Source of the DNA: Thermoanaerobaculia bacterium | GTDB lineage: Bacteria > Acidobacteriota > Thermoanaerobaculia > Multivoradales > Multivoraceae | NCBI GenBank assembly: GCA_963666565.1 | Contig: OY762911.1 | Location: forward strand, 2,080,001 to 2,144,000 | Direction: 5' to 3' | DNA length: 64,000 nt | Part shown: positions 19,604-28,604 of the stretch, piece by piece | Layout: each line of letters begins with the position of its first letter | How positions within the stretch are numbered: the stretch's first letter is position 1 | Notes under the pieces: model-generated | The model's input: the letters and a program-made list of their open reading frames with translations, nothing else | Databases searched by the model: none | What the model was told of the DNA's origin: nothing | Position numbers and translations under genes: made by a program

Positions 19604-19708
19604 GGATGGCGTGACTGTCGCGCGCTCGCGGTCGGGGGAAGGTCGGGGGAGAGCCGGCGCAGCCTACCCCAGCCGCGCCGCGAACGGGCGTTGTTATGGT
19701 CCCGCGCC

Positions 19709-21682
19709 ATGGACGGCGAGCCGGAAGCAAGCCAGAAGCCGCTCGCCCGGCTGTTCGCCTACATGCGCCTCGCGCCCGGCGCCTACGTCCTGGGCGGGGT
19801 ACTCACCCTCCTCTACGTCGCGTTCTTCCAGCTCATCCCGATCGCGGGCCGGAACATCGTCGCGGCGCTCGAAGGCCCGCCCGAGCAGTTCCAGCGGGAG
19901 GTCTGGTTCCTGGTGGTCGCCGCCCTGGGCCTGGCGGTGACGCGGCTGTTCTCGCGGATCGTGATGTTCAACGTCGGCCGGGAGATCGAGTTCCGCATCC
20001 GCAACGACTACTTCACCCACCTGCAGAGCCTGCCGCAGTCGTTCTACCTGGCGCACCGGACGGGCGACCTGATGTCGCGTGCGGTGAACGACATCAACAG
20101 CATCCGCCTGTTCCTGGGGATGGGCCTCCTGAACCTGCTCCAGACGCCGGTGCTGTTCCTCGGCGCCCTGGTCGTCATGCTGCGGGTGGACGCGGTGCTG
20201 ACCCTGTGGTCGATGGCCTCCTTCCCGGTCTTCGTGCTCGTCACGCGCCACTACAGCCGCTTCATGTTCCAGGCCAATCTGGCGGGGCAGGAGCAGCTCG
20301 GCAAGGTCTCGACGGTGGTGCAGGAGAACGCCTCGGGCGCCCTGGTGGTCAAGTCCTACGACCTGGCGGACCTGGAGCGGGACCGCTTCGAGGAGCAGAA
20401 CCAGGAGCTGTTCCGCCGGATGATGAGGGTCGGCGTCATGCAGACGACGATGTTCGCCTCGGTCGGCCTCGTGCCGTCCATTTCGGCGGCGCTGGTGCTG
20501 TGGCTCGGAGGCCGGCGGGTGCAGGCGGGCCTGCTCGGCGTCGAGGACCTGTGGCTGTTCTGGGGCTACATCGCGATGCTGACCTTCCCGATCATGATGC
20601 TGGGCTTCGTCGTGGCGATCACCCAGCGCGGGCTTGCGGCGCTCGAACGGCTGGGCTCGGTGCTCGACATCGTGCCCTCGATCCGCGACCGGGAGGATGT
20701 GGCCGCCGTCTCCAGGGTGGCTGGCCGGGTGGAGTTCCGCAACCTGACCTTCACCTACCCGGGCAGCTACCTGCCGGCTCTGAAGAACATCGACCTCACG
20801 GTCGAGGCGGGCAGCACGGTCGGCATCGTGGGGCCGGTCGGATCGGGCAAGACGACCCTGGTCAGCCTGGTGCCGAGGATCCTGGAGGTCGACGACGGCG
20901 AGATCCTCATCGACGGCGTGGATCTCAACCGGATGCCGGTCCAGGTGCTGCGGTCGAGCATCGCCATGGTGCCGCAGGACAGCTTCCTGTTCTCGATCTC
21001 CGTGGCCGAGAACATCCGGTACGGCGTGCCCGACGCCAGCCTGCGCGAGGTGCGCGCGGCCGCGTCGCGAGCCCAGGTCGAACGGGAGATCGAGGAGTTC
21101 GAGGACGGTTTCGAGACCGTGGTCGGCGAGCGCGGCGTGACCCTCTCCGGCGGGCAGCGCCAGCGGGTGGCCCTGGCGCGGGCGATGATCCTCCGTCCCT
21201 CGATCCTCATCCTCGACGATTCGCTGTCGAGCGTCGACCACGGCACCGAGGAGGCGATCCTGGGCGACATCGAGGGGAAGCGGCGGGGCAGGACCTGCTT
21301 CATCGTCGCCCACCGCATCTCCGCCGTGCGAGGCGCCGACCAGATCGTCGTACTGGAGGACGGCCGGATCACCGAAAGCGGGACGCACCGCGAGTTGGTG
21401 GAGCTCGGCGGCTTCTACGCCAGCCTGCACCGCCGGCAGGAACTGCTGTCGGAGCTGGAACCCGGCTGGAGTGTTCCGGCGCCGGGCGCGGGTCGGTCGG
21501 CGGGCGCGGCGTCGAGCGTAAGGACGGCGCCAGGCGCCGGCGGGGCGCCCGCTTCGCGTGAGCGGCGGCTCGTCCCCGGCGACGGCGGTGCGGCGGTTTC
21601 GGACCAGCGGCGGCTGGTGCCCGGCGACGGCGGCGCGGCCACCTCGGGCCGGCGGCGGCCGGCCCCGGAGGAGCCGTCGTGA
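19709..21682 (+). CDS. ABC exporter ATP-binding/permease subunit 1
   Basis: TMD, GPVGSGKT, LSGGQRQR, degenerate Walker B LILDDSLS; start at MDGEPE. Confidence 0.93.
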   Translation: MDGEPEASQKPLARLFAYMRLAPGAYVLGGVLTLLYVAFFQLIPIAGRNIVAALEGPPEQFQREVWFLVVAALGLAVTRLFSRIVMFNVGREIEFRIRNDYFTHLQSLPQSFYLAHRTGDLMSRAVNDINSIRLFLGMGLLNLLQTPVLFLGALVVMLRVDAVLTLWSMASFPVFVLVTRHYSRFMFQANLAGQEQLGKVSTVVQENASGALVVKSYDLADLERDRFEEQNQELFRRMMRVGVMQTTMFASVGLVPSISAALVLWLGGRRVQAGLLGVEDLWLFWGYIAMLTFPIMMLGFVVAITQRGLAALERLGSVLDIVPSIRDREDVAAVSRVAGRVEFRNLTFTYPGSYLPALKNIDLTVEAGSTVGIVGPVGSGKTTLVSLVPRILEVDDGEILIDGVDLNRMPVQVLRSSIAMVPQDSFLFSISVAENIRYGVPDASLREVRAAASRAQVEREIEEFEDGFETVVGERGVTLSGGQRQRVALARAMILRPSILILDDSLSSVDHGTEEAILGDIEGKRRGRTCFIVAHRISAVRGADQIVVLEDGRITESGTHRELVELGGFYASLHRRQELLSELEPGWSVPAPGAGRSAGAASSVRTAPGAGGAPASRERRLVPGDGGAAVSDQRRLVPGDGGAATSGRRRPAPEEPS

Positions 21683-23628
21683 GCGAGGAGCGGAGCGAGG
21701 CCGTCGAGCTCGGCCGCGAGCGGGATCTCGGCAAGGTCTACGACAGCGAACTGATCGCGCGGCTGTGGCCGTTCATGCGGCCCTACCGCGCCTGGATCGG
21801 GTTCAACTTCGCCCTCATCCCGGCGCGGGCAGTCCTGGAGCTCATGCCGGCGCTGGTCGTGGGCGCGGCGCTCAACTACCTGACCGAGGGCGTCGCGAGT
21901 TCGGAAGTGGGTTGGATGGCCCCCTTCGTCGTGCCGCGGCTGGGGCTGCCGCCGCTGGCCTGGATGTTCGTCCTGGTGCTCGGCATCTCGGCGTTCACGC
22001 TCGGCATGGACTGGCTGCGGGCCTTCACGATGATCTCGCTCGGCCAGCGCACGGTCCGCGACGTCCGCCGGACGCTGTTCGACCACGTCCAACGGCTGCC
22101 GATGCGCTTCTTCGACCGCTACCCGGTGGGCCGCCTCGTGACCCGGCTGACGAACGATCTGGAGAACCTGGCGGAGATGTTCTCGGCCGGCGTCATCGCG
22201 ATGGTCGCCGACCTGTTCGTGATGGTCGTCATCCTCAGCATGCTGTTCGCGATCGAGCCGCGCCTGGCCCTGGCGGCGCTGGCGGTCGTGCCGTTCCTGG
22301 CGGTGGCGGCGACGATCTTCCGCTACAAGGTGCGGGAGGCGTACCGCGAAGTGCGGGTCAAGATCGCGCGACTGAACGCGCATCTGCAGGAGACGATCAC
22401 CGGCATGAAGGTGGTGCAGTTGTTCGCCCGCGAGCGGCGCAACTTCGAGGAGTTCGAGCGCGAGAACGCCTCCCACCGCGACTCCTGGTTGCGCTCGATC
22501 CGCTACGACGCGCTGCTGTTCTCGACCGTCGATCTGGCGACGAACCTGACGAGGGCGCTGATCTTCTGGTACGGCGCGAGGCTGATGGGCGCGGACGAGA
22601 TCACGCTGGGCACGATGTACGTCTTCTCGGACTACATGAGCCGCTTCTTCCGGCCGCTGATGGACCTGTCGGCGAAGTACTCGGTGATGCAGTCCTCGAT
22701 GGCGAGCGCGGAGCGGGTGTTCCAGCTTCTGGACGAGCCGCGGGAGCCGGAGGACCGGGCGGGCGAATCGGCCGTCGCCGTGGCTTCGGGCGCATCGGCG
22801 GCTGGCGCGGAGGTTCCCGGAGGCCGGCGCTCCGCGCCGGATGCCGGCGGGGATGCCGGCACACCCGGTTCCGCGCCGGCCGAACCGGGCGGCTGCGAGG
22901 TCGAGTTCGACGGCGTGACCTTCGCGTACGGCGCCGAGACCGTGCTGCGCGACGTCTCGTTCCGGGTCGCCGCCGGCGAACGGGTCGCGATCGTCGGCCA
23001 CACCGGGTCCGGCAAGACGACGACGCTCAAGCTGCTGGCGCGCCTCTACGAGCTGCAGGATGGGTCGATCCGGGTCGACGGCCAGGACATCCGGGACATC
23101 CCGAAGGCCGAACTGCGGCGCCGGATGGCGTTCGTGCTCCAGGACGTCTTTCTGTTCGACGGCGACCTGCGCTACAACGTGGCTCTCGGCCGCGACGTCG
23201 CCGACGACGTGATCGACGAGGCGGCGCGAGCCACCCACGTCGACGCCCTGGTCGAGCGCCTGCCGGGCGGCTGGGAGCACAAGGTCAGCGAGCGAGGCGT
23301 CAACTTCTCGACCGGCCAGCGGCAACTGCTCTCCTTCGCCCGCGCCTTGGCCCGCGAGCCGCGGCTCCTGCTCCTCGACGAAGCGACGGCGAACGTCGAC
23401 ACCGAGACCGAGGCCCTGATCCAGGACGCCCTCCACAGCCTGATGGAAGGCAAGACCTCGATCGTCGTCGCCCATCGCCTGTCGACGATCAAGGACGTCG
23501 ACCGCATCTACGTCTTCCACCACGGCGCCATCCGCGAGCACGGCACCCACGAGGAGTTGCTGGACCGCCGCGGCGTCTACTGGCGGCTCTACCAGTTGCA
23601 GTACGCGCAGCAGGAGACGGCGGCGTAG
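21679..23628 (+). CDS. ABC exporter ATP-binding/permease subunit 2
   Basis: GHTGSGKT, FSTGQRQ, LLLDEAT, AHRLST; GTGA overlap with subunit 1 (heterodimeric pair). Confidence 0.93.
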   Translation: MSEERSEAVELGRERDLGKVYDSELIARLWPFMRPYRAWIGFNFALIPARAVLELMPALVVGAALNYLTEGVASSEVGWMAPFVVPRLGLPPLAWMFVLVLGISAFTLGMDWLRAFTMISLGQRTVRDVRRTLFDHVQRLPMRFFDRYPVGRLVTRLTNDLENLAEMFSAGVIAMVADLFVMVVILSMLFAIEPRLALAALAVVPFLAVAATIFRYKVREAYREVRVKIARLNAHLQETITGMKVVQLFARERRNFEEFERENASHRDSWLRSIRYDALLFSTVDLATNLTRALIFWYGARLMGADEITLGTMYVFSDYMSRFFRPLMDLSAKYSVMQSSMASAERVFQLLDEPREPEDRAGESAVAVASGASAAGAEVPGGRRSAPDAGGDAGTPGSAPAEPGGCEVEFDGVTFAYGAETVLRDVSFRVAAGERVAIVGHTGSGKTTTLKLLARLYELQDGSIRVDGQDIRDIPKAELRRRMAFVLQDVFLFDGDLRYNVALGRDVADDVIDEAARATHVDALVERLPGGWEHKVSERGVNFSTGQRQLLSFARALAREPRLLLLDEATANVDTETEALIQDALHSLMEGKTSIVVAHRLSTIKDVDRIYVFHHGAIREHGTHEELLDRRGVYWRLYQLQYAQQETAA

Positions 23629-23675
23629 CGGTCAGGCGGCAGCGCCCCTGTGCTAGCTTCCCTGCCGAGGTCGAG

Positions 23676-23945
23676 ATGACGGAACCCGGCGAACATCGTG
23701 AAGGGAGGCGGCGCCTCGTTCGGCTCGTCGAGCAGTTGCCGGACGAGGAGATAGCCGCCGCCGGCCGCTATCTCGAGTCGTTGGTCGGCGGCGAGGATCG
23801 GTTCACGAAGATCCTGCTGGAAGCGCCGGAAGAAGAAGAGGAGCTCAGCGCCGAAGGCAGGCGGCTCGTGGAGGAGGGTCTGGAAGACCTGCGAGCCGGA
23901 CGGGTCCACAGCTTCGACGAAGTGAAGCGGGAGCTCGGCCTCTGA
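23676..23945 (+). CDS. putative type II antitoxin
   Basis: 89-aa acidic protein ending EGLEDLRAGRVHSFDEVKRELGL, typical of RelE/ParE-associated antitoxins. Confidence 0.75.
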   Translation: MTEPGEHREGRRRLVRLVEQLPDEEIAAAGRYLESLVGGEDRFTKILLEAPEEEEELSAEGRRLVEEGLEDLRAGRVHSFDEVKRELGL

Positions 23946-24187
23946 TCGACGGCGTTGCGTTCAGCACGCGAGGTCTACGCGATCTCAGACGGCTGGACCG
24001 CCAGACGAGACGACGGGTCGTGGAAACCGTCGGTCGCTTCGCTGTTTCGGGGGCGGGATCCGTCAGGCGTCTCAGGGCCATCGAACCGCCGATGTGGCGC
24101 CTCCGGGTCGGCGGACGGCGGCGACGATCGCCAGTAACGCCGCCAGCGCGAGGCAGAGCAGGAGCGCATACGACTTCGACTGGGTGA
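23942..24187 (+). pseudogene. truncated RelE/ParE-family toxin
   Basis: CTG start overlapping the antitoxin stop; reads ...RDLRRLDRQTRRRVVETVGRFAVSGAGSVRRLRAIEPPMWRLRVG, then continues as the antisense of the convergent gene in place of the usual D(W/Y)R(V/I) strands. Confidence 0.7.
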
Positions 24188-24602
24188 ACAAGGACGCGAT
24201 CGCCACCTGCCCCGCGGACACGTTCGGGTAGCGAACCAGCATGACGATGATCTGGACGTTCTCGCAAAGATCGAGTGCCCCCGCCGCCAGGGGTAGACAG
24301 GCCAGCCTCCAGGACCGTTCCGTCGGCCGGAACCGGTAGATGACTCCGGCCAGAAGGCTGGCGTAGACGAGGGGCAGCAACGTGTCCAGCGTTGCGGCGG
24401 ACCACGCATACACGCCTCGCCCCCGGTCGCCGTAGCCTTCCATCGCGGCCGCCACGTCTTCGTGCGTGTAGCCCGGTCTCGTGTCGAGCAGTTCGCTGCC
24501 GACGGAGAGCGCCGGGAAAACGGCGAGTACGAGGACGAGCGTCGTCGCAAGCGTGGCCCCGAGAACGAGCGTTCCGCTGACGAAGTCGAGATAGGCCCTC
24601 AT
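24072..24602 (-). CDS. hypothetical membrane protein
   Basis: LLDTRPGY, LDTLLPLVY, DLCEN; four TM-like segments. Confidence 0.75.
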   Translation of the reverse strand: MRAYLDFVSGTLVLGATLATTLVLVLAVFPALSVGSELLDTRPGYTHEDVAAAMEGYGDRGRGVYAWSAATLDTLLPLVYASLLAGVIYRFRPTERSWRLACLPLAAGALDLCENVQIIVMLVRYPNVSAGQVAIASLFTQSKSYALLLCLALAALLAIVAAVRRPGGATSAVRWP

Positions 24603-24618
24603 GCCGGAGTGCGCCTCC

Positions 24619-27276
24619 CTAGCGCGGCCGCGTCTGGTGTCGCGGCGCCTCGATCTCGGTCTGCAGCCCCAGGTCGCCCTGGTCTTCCATCCACGCCCGC
24701 AGGCGTGCGTGCAGGGCGGTGATGCGCTGCCGGTGCTCCGGCCGGTCCGCCAGGTTCGTCAGTTCGTGCGGATCCGCCTCCAGGTCGAAGAACTCGAACT
24801 CGGGCCGATGCTGGTAGCGCTCGTAGAGCGCCTTCGCCGCCGGGTCCGTCTCGCCGGCGTCCCGCCACGAGAAGTAGAAGCCGTCGCGGTTCTCCTCGGT
24901 GACCAGGTTGGTGAAGCGGTTCTCGTGCGCGATGTTCCAGATCAGCTTGTAGCGCTCGTCGCGGATGGAGCGGATGGGGTAGGGCGCGACGTTGGCGATG
25001 ATGCCGGTCGTCGTCTGGATGCCGTAGACGGCGTCGCGGTGCTTCGGGCCCGGTTCGAGCAGCAGGCTGAGCATGCTCCGGCCCTCGATTTCCGGCGGCA
25101 CGGCGCCGCCCGCGGCCTCGATCCAGGTCGGCAGCAGGTCGTTGATCTGGAGCAGCGCGGCCGAGGTCCGGCCGGCCGGAATCCTGCGCGACCAGCGGGC
25201 GACGAGCGAGGTGCGGATGCCGGCCTCGTACAGCGTCCACTTGGCCAGCGGGCCGCTGATCCCCTGCTCGCTGTAGAACATGGTCAGCGTGTTCTCGTGC
25301 GCGGCGTGCTCCTGGAGCAGGTCGAGGACCTGGCCGAGCTGGCCGTCCATGAAGGTGATCTCGGCGTAGTAGCGGGTCAGCGCCTCGCGGGTCTTGGGTG
25401 TGTCGACGAACCAGGGCGGCAGCTTGATCGACGCTGCGTCGTAGCGGGACGGATCGCCCTTGCTCCAGGGCTGGTGCGGTTCCGTCGAGGCGACGATCAG
25501 GGCGAACGGCTGGTTCCCGTCGCGGCCGATGAACTCGCCGATGCGGGCCGGGTCGAGGTCGCGCCCCGCGACCTTCTCGAACGGGTAGACCTCCTCCGGC
25601 GCCACGTGCGACTTGCCGGCCAGGCCGACCCGGTAGCCGAGGCCGTTCAGGTAGTGGACGACGCTCTTCGTGCCGGGGTTCGCCCTGGCGTGGTTCGGGT
25701 AGGCGCCGCTCCGCACGGGGTACTGGCCGGTGTAGAGCATGTGCCGGGTGGGCGAGCACATCGCGGTGGCCGTGTACATGTGGGTGAAGGTCGTCCCCTG
25801 CTCGGCCAGCCGGTCGATGTTCGGGGTGTGGACCTGCGGGTTGCCCAGGGCGCCGGCGTCGCTGTATGTCATGTCGTCGGCGACAAAGAGCAGGATGTTG
25901 GGCCGGTGGGCAGGCGGCGTCCAGCGGTTGACGCCGGGGGTCGGCGGGCGCCAGGCGCCGGCGGTGCGGATCGCCCCGGGCTTGGAGGCAAGCAGGGCGT
26001 CGATCGCCTCGACGCGGGCGGCGCCGTCCGGCGCGAGGCTCGCCGGATCGAGCGGCGACTGCTCGTTCGGGTCGGCGGCGAGATCGAAGAGGCGGCCGTC
26101 GTCGTAGCGCTTGAACCGTTCGTCGAAGGCGTAGCGCGCCGGGGGGCCCGCGTACCAGCGCGACTCGTAGTGGATGAACAGCGCGTCGCGGTCGAGCGGC
26201 GGCCCGCCCTTGAGCATCGGCAGCAGGCTCTCGCCGTCGAGGTCGAGGCCCGGCGGCAGGCCGGCGCCGGCGGCTTCGACGAGGGTCGGGAACACGTCGC
26301 CGACGTCGACCAGCGTCTCGTTCGCCTGCCCAGCGGGGATCGTTCCCGGCCACCAGGCCAGGAACGGCACGTGGCTGCCGGTCTGGAGCGACCGGCCCTT
26401 GCCGCCGGGGACTTCCCGGCCGTTGCGGACCGACGCGATGCGGGTCGAGGTGCCGTTGTCGCCGATGAACAGGAGCAGCGTGTTCCGGTCCAGCTCGTGC
26501 TCGACAAGCTTCGCCCGGACGCGGCCTACCAGGTCGTCCATGTAGGCGACCATCGCCGCGAACCGCTCCTGGTTCGACTCCGCGTCCGGGCGGTGCGGCG
26601 TGGTCACGAACGGATCGTGAGGCAGCGCCATCGGGTAGTAGACGAAGAGCGGCTGGCGGGTGGCGGGATCGGCGGCGGCATGCTCGTCGATCGCGGCAAG
26701 CACGAAGTCGTTCGTCAGGTCCGGCCCGAAGACGTCGTCGCCCCAGGTCTCCTTCCTGTCGTTCGTCACCAGGGTCGGCCCCCAGTAGCGCGAGCCGCGC
26801 CCTTCGCGCCGGAGCTGCCAGAGGCGGTGCTCGTCGAAGCCCGCCTGCTGCGGCGAGGCGCCCTCGTGGACCACGTAGAGGTTGTTCGTCAACTGCCACT
26901 TGCCCGAGATCACCGTCCGGTACCCCGCCTGCGCCAGCACGTGGGCGAAGGTGACATCGGCCGGGTCGAGATACATGAACTCCCGGTAGTTCCGGTAGTT
27001 GTGCAGGCCCGTCATCAGCTTGACCCGCGTCGGCGTGCACAGCGGTTGCGAGTGCCCGTTCTCGAACCGCATGCCCTCCGCGGCGATGCGGTCGAGTTCC
27101 GGCGTCGCGTAGGAGGTGCCGCCGTACGCGCCGAGCGTCTCGACACCGAGGTCGTCGGCGAGGATGACGACGATGTTGGGGCGCGGAGACGCTTGACCCG
27201 CCGCGACGCCTGCCGAGAGGACGAGAGCGGCCGCAGCGCCGGCCAGGGCGGCAGCCGGACGGAGCGTAGTGGGCAT
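24619..27276 (-). CDS. secreted tandem (two-domain) Cys-type sulfatase
   Basis: Two PNI...ADD + CxPxR sets (CTPTR and CSPTR), with GKW/GKSH, and YMDDLVG/FMDGQLG. Confidence 0.92.
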   Translation of the reverse strand: MPTTLRPAAALAGAAAALVLSAGVAAGQASPRPNIVVILADDLGVETLGAYGGTSYATPELDRIAAEGMRFENGHSQPLCTPTRVKLMTGLHNYRNYREFMYLDPADVTFAHVLAQAGYRTVISGKWQLTNNLYVVHEGASPQQAGFDEHRLWQLRREGRGSRYWGPTLVTNDRKETWGDDVFGPDLTNDFVLAAIDEHAAADPATRQPLFVYYPMALPHDPFVTTPHRPDAESNQERFAAMVAYMDDLVGRVRAKLVEHELDRNTLLLFIGDNGTSTRIASVRNGREVPGGKGRSLQTGSHVPFLAWWPGTIPAGQANETLVDVGDVFPTLVEAAGAGLPPGLDLDGESLLPMLKGGPPLDRDALFIHYESRWYAGPPARYAFDERFKRYDDGRLFDLAADPNEQSPLDPASLAPDGAARVEAIDALLASKPGAIRTAGAWRPPTPGVNRWTPPAHRPNILLFVADDMTYSDAGALGNPQVHTPNIDRLAEQGTTFTHMYTATAMCSPTRHMLYTGQYPVRSGAYPNHARANPGTKSVVHYLNGLGYRVGLAGKSHVAPEEVYPFEKVAGRDLDPARIGEFIGRDGNQPFALIVASTEPHQPWSKGDPSRYDAASIKLPPWFVDTPKTREALTRYYAEITFMDGQLGQVLDLLQEHAAHENTLTMFYSEQGISGPLAKWTLYEAGIRTSLVARWSRRIPAGRTSAALLQINDLLPTWIEAAGGAVPPEIEGRSMLSLLLEPGPKHRDAVYGIQTTTGIIANVAPYPIRSIRDERYKLIWNIAHENRFTNLVTEENRDGFYFSWRDAGETDPAAKALYERYQHRPEFEFFDLEADPHELTNLADRPEHRQRITALHARLRAWMEDQGDLGLQTEIEAPRHQTRPR

Positions 27277-27360
27277 GCCCGTCAAGTTAGCAGCCCGTTG
27301 CCAAAGCAGTTACTTGCGGGTCTCGTCGCGGAGTAGACTCGGGACCTGAGGACTCGATAG

Positions 27361-27582
27361 ATGTCCACGATCAACAGGGAGCTACTCATCCGCATCACAG
27401 CCCGCCCGGACGTCTTCGGCGGCAAGCCGATCATACGCGACATGCGGATCTCCGTGGAACTGATCCTCAGCCTTCTCGCTCAGGGTGTCACCGACGAAGC
27501 CATCCTGGAGGACTACCCCGAGTTGGAAGCTGACGACATTCGAGCCTGCATCCTGATCATGCCTAGCCATCGTCGGTCCTGA
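27361..27582 (+). CDS. DUF433 family antitoxin-like protein (no toxin follows)
   Basis: RITARPDVFGGKPIIRDMRISVELIL...ILEDYPELEADDIRAC. Confidence 0.85.
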   Translation: MSTINRELLIRITARPDVFGGKPIIRDMRISVELILSLLAQGVTDEAILEDYPELEADDIRACILIMPSHRRS

Positions 27583-27684
27583 CCGATCAGTTCTCGCCGC
27601 CATGTAGCGCGTGCCGCCAAGTACGGTCGCGCACTCTTCGTCGAGTAGCCTCTCCGAGGCCAGCCTTGAGGACGTTTAGCGCAC

Positions 27685-28527
27685 TCAGGTCGCGAGAATA
27701 GAGAACGGCCGATTGGCGTTCTCCCAAGACTGGACGCCGGCCCACATGCCCGTCTCCTCCAGGCTCTCTCGCTTGGCCGCCAACCGGAGGTCCTTGGCTA
27801 TGTCAGCGACGCCGACGCTGTTTGGCAGATCGCCAAGGACGCGCTTGAGACCCGTTCGCAGAATCTCGATCATGTCGTGCCCTCGTGCCACGTACCATGA
27901 TTCCTCCGTCCCGAGAGCAGTAATCCACTCTCGCCATTCCGTCAGTTCCGAATCGGAGCGCGTGGCGACCATCTCCATCAGGGTGTCGGTGTCGACCGTC
28001 CAACTCCGTTCGTCGAGAAACCTGGCAACCCTAATCTCGGCCATCGCATCGGTGGCGCCGTGGAGAGTGGCCGCGAGCCTGATCCGGCCGAAGACCAGCG
28101 CCCGTTCAAGGAGAGCTTGCCGGACGCCCATCTGGGATCTATCCCGAAAGCGTGCGATCTTCCTTGGGTCGCCGCGCTCATGCAAGACGGCATCGAGGGC
28201 GTCTGAACGACAGAGTAGGCACTCCAAGTCATGCGCATCCGTCGCGACGAGGTTGGCCGAGGGAAGGTCGGCCCCCACAAACATGTCGTAGTCGCTGTCG
28301 ACCAGGCCGAGGACGCCCGAAACTGACCGCGAGTCCAGTCGCTGCACCACTCCAAGCACGTTGAGCTTCCCCTCACCGTCAACCAGCTCGCACCGGGTGT
28401 GACGCCACTTCCTCCAGAAGCGCACGTCGTCCGCGCCTTCGACGACAAGAAACGCACCAGAGTGCGTGTCGCGGTGCAACCTGATCTCCGCAGCCAGGAT
28501 TGCCGGCGTCTTCTCCCCGAAAGGCAC
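27685..28527 (-). CDS. DUF4435/TOPRIM-like protein (AriB-like)
   Basis: VVEGADD, GK..V, GLVDSDYD, HDLE, RGHD motifs; directly downstream of an ABC-type ATPase. Confidence 0.82.
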   Translation of the reverse strand: MPFGEKTPAILAAEIRLHRDTHSGAFLVVEGADDVRFWRKWRHTRCELVDGEGKLNVLGVVQRLDSRSVSGVLGLVDSDYDMFVGADLPSANLVATDAHDLECLLCRSDALDAVLHERGDPRKIARFRDRSQMGVRQALLERALVFGRIRLAATLHGATDAMAEIRVARFLDERSWTVDTDTLMEMVATRSDSELTEWREWITALGTEESWYVARGHDMIEILRTGLKRVLGDLPNSVGVADIAKDLRLAAKRESLEETGMWAGVQSWENANRPFSILAT

Positions 28528-28604
28528 GTTGCTCCCCGTCCCTCAGTAGGGTCGCCGGCCAACCTCGACTTGGCGAAGCACTGCCTTCTCTTGCCACTCC
28601 CGTG

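Noticed and set aside
27290-27700. tRNA/att site or integrase marking the island's left edge
   Set aside because: No tRNA-like sequence, integrase or flanking direct repeat was recognisable; the boundary rests on gene content and composition only.
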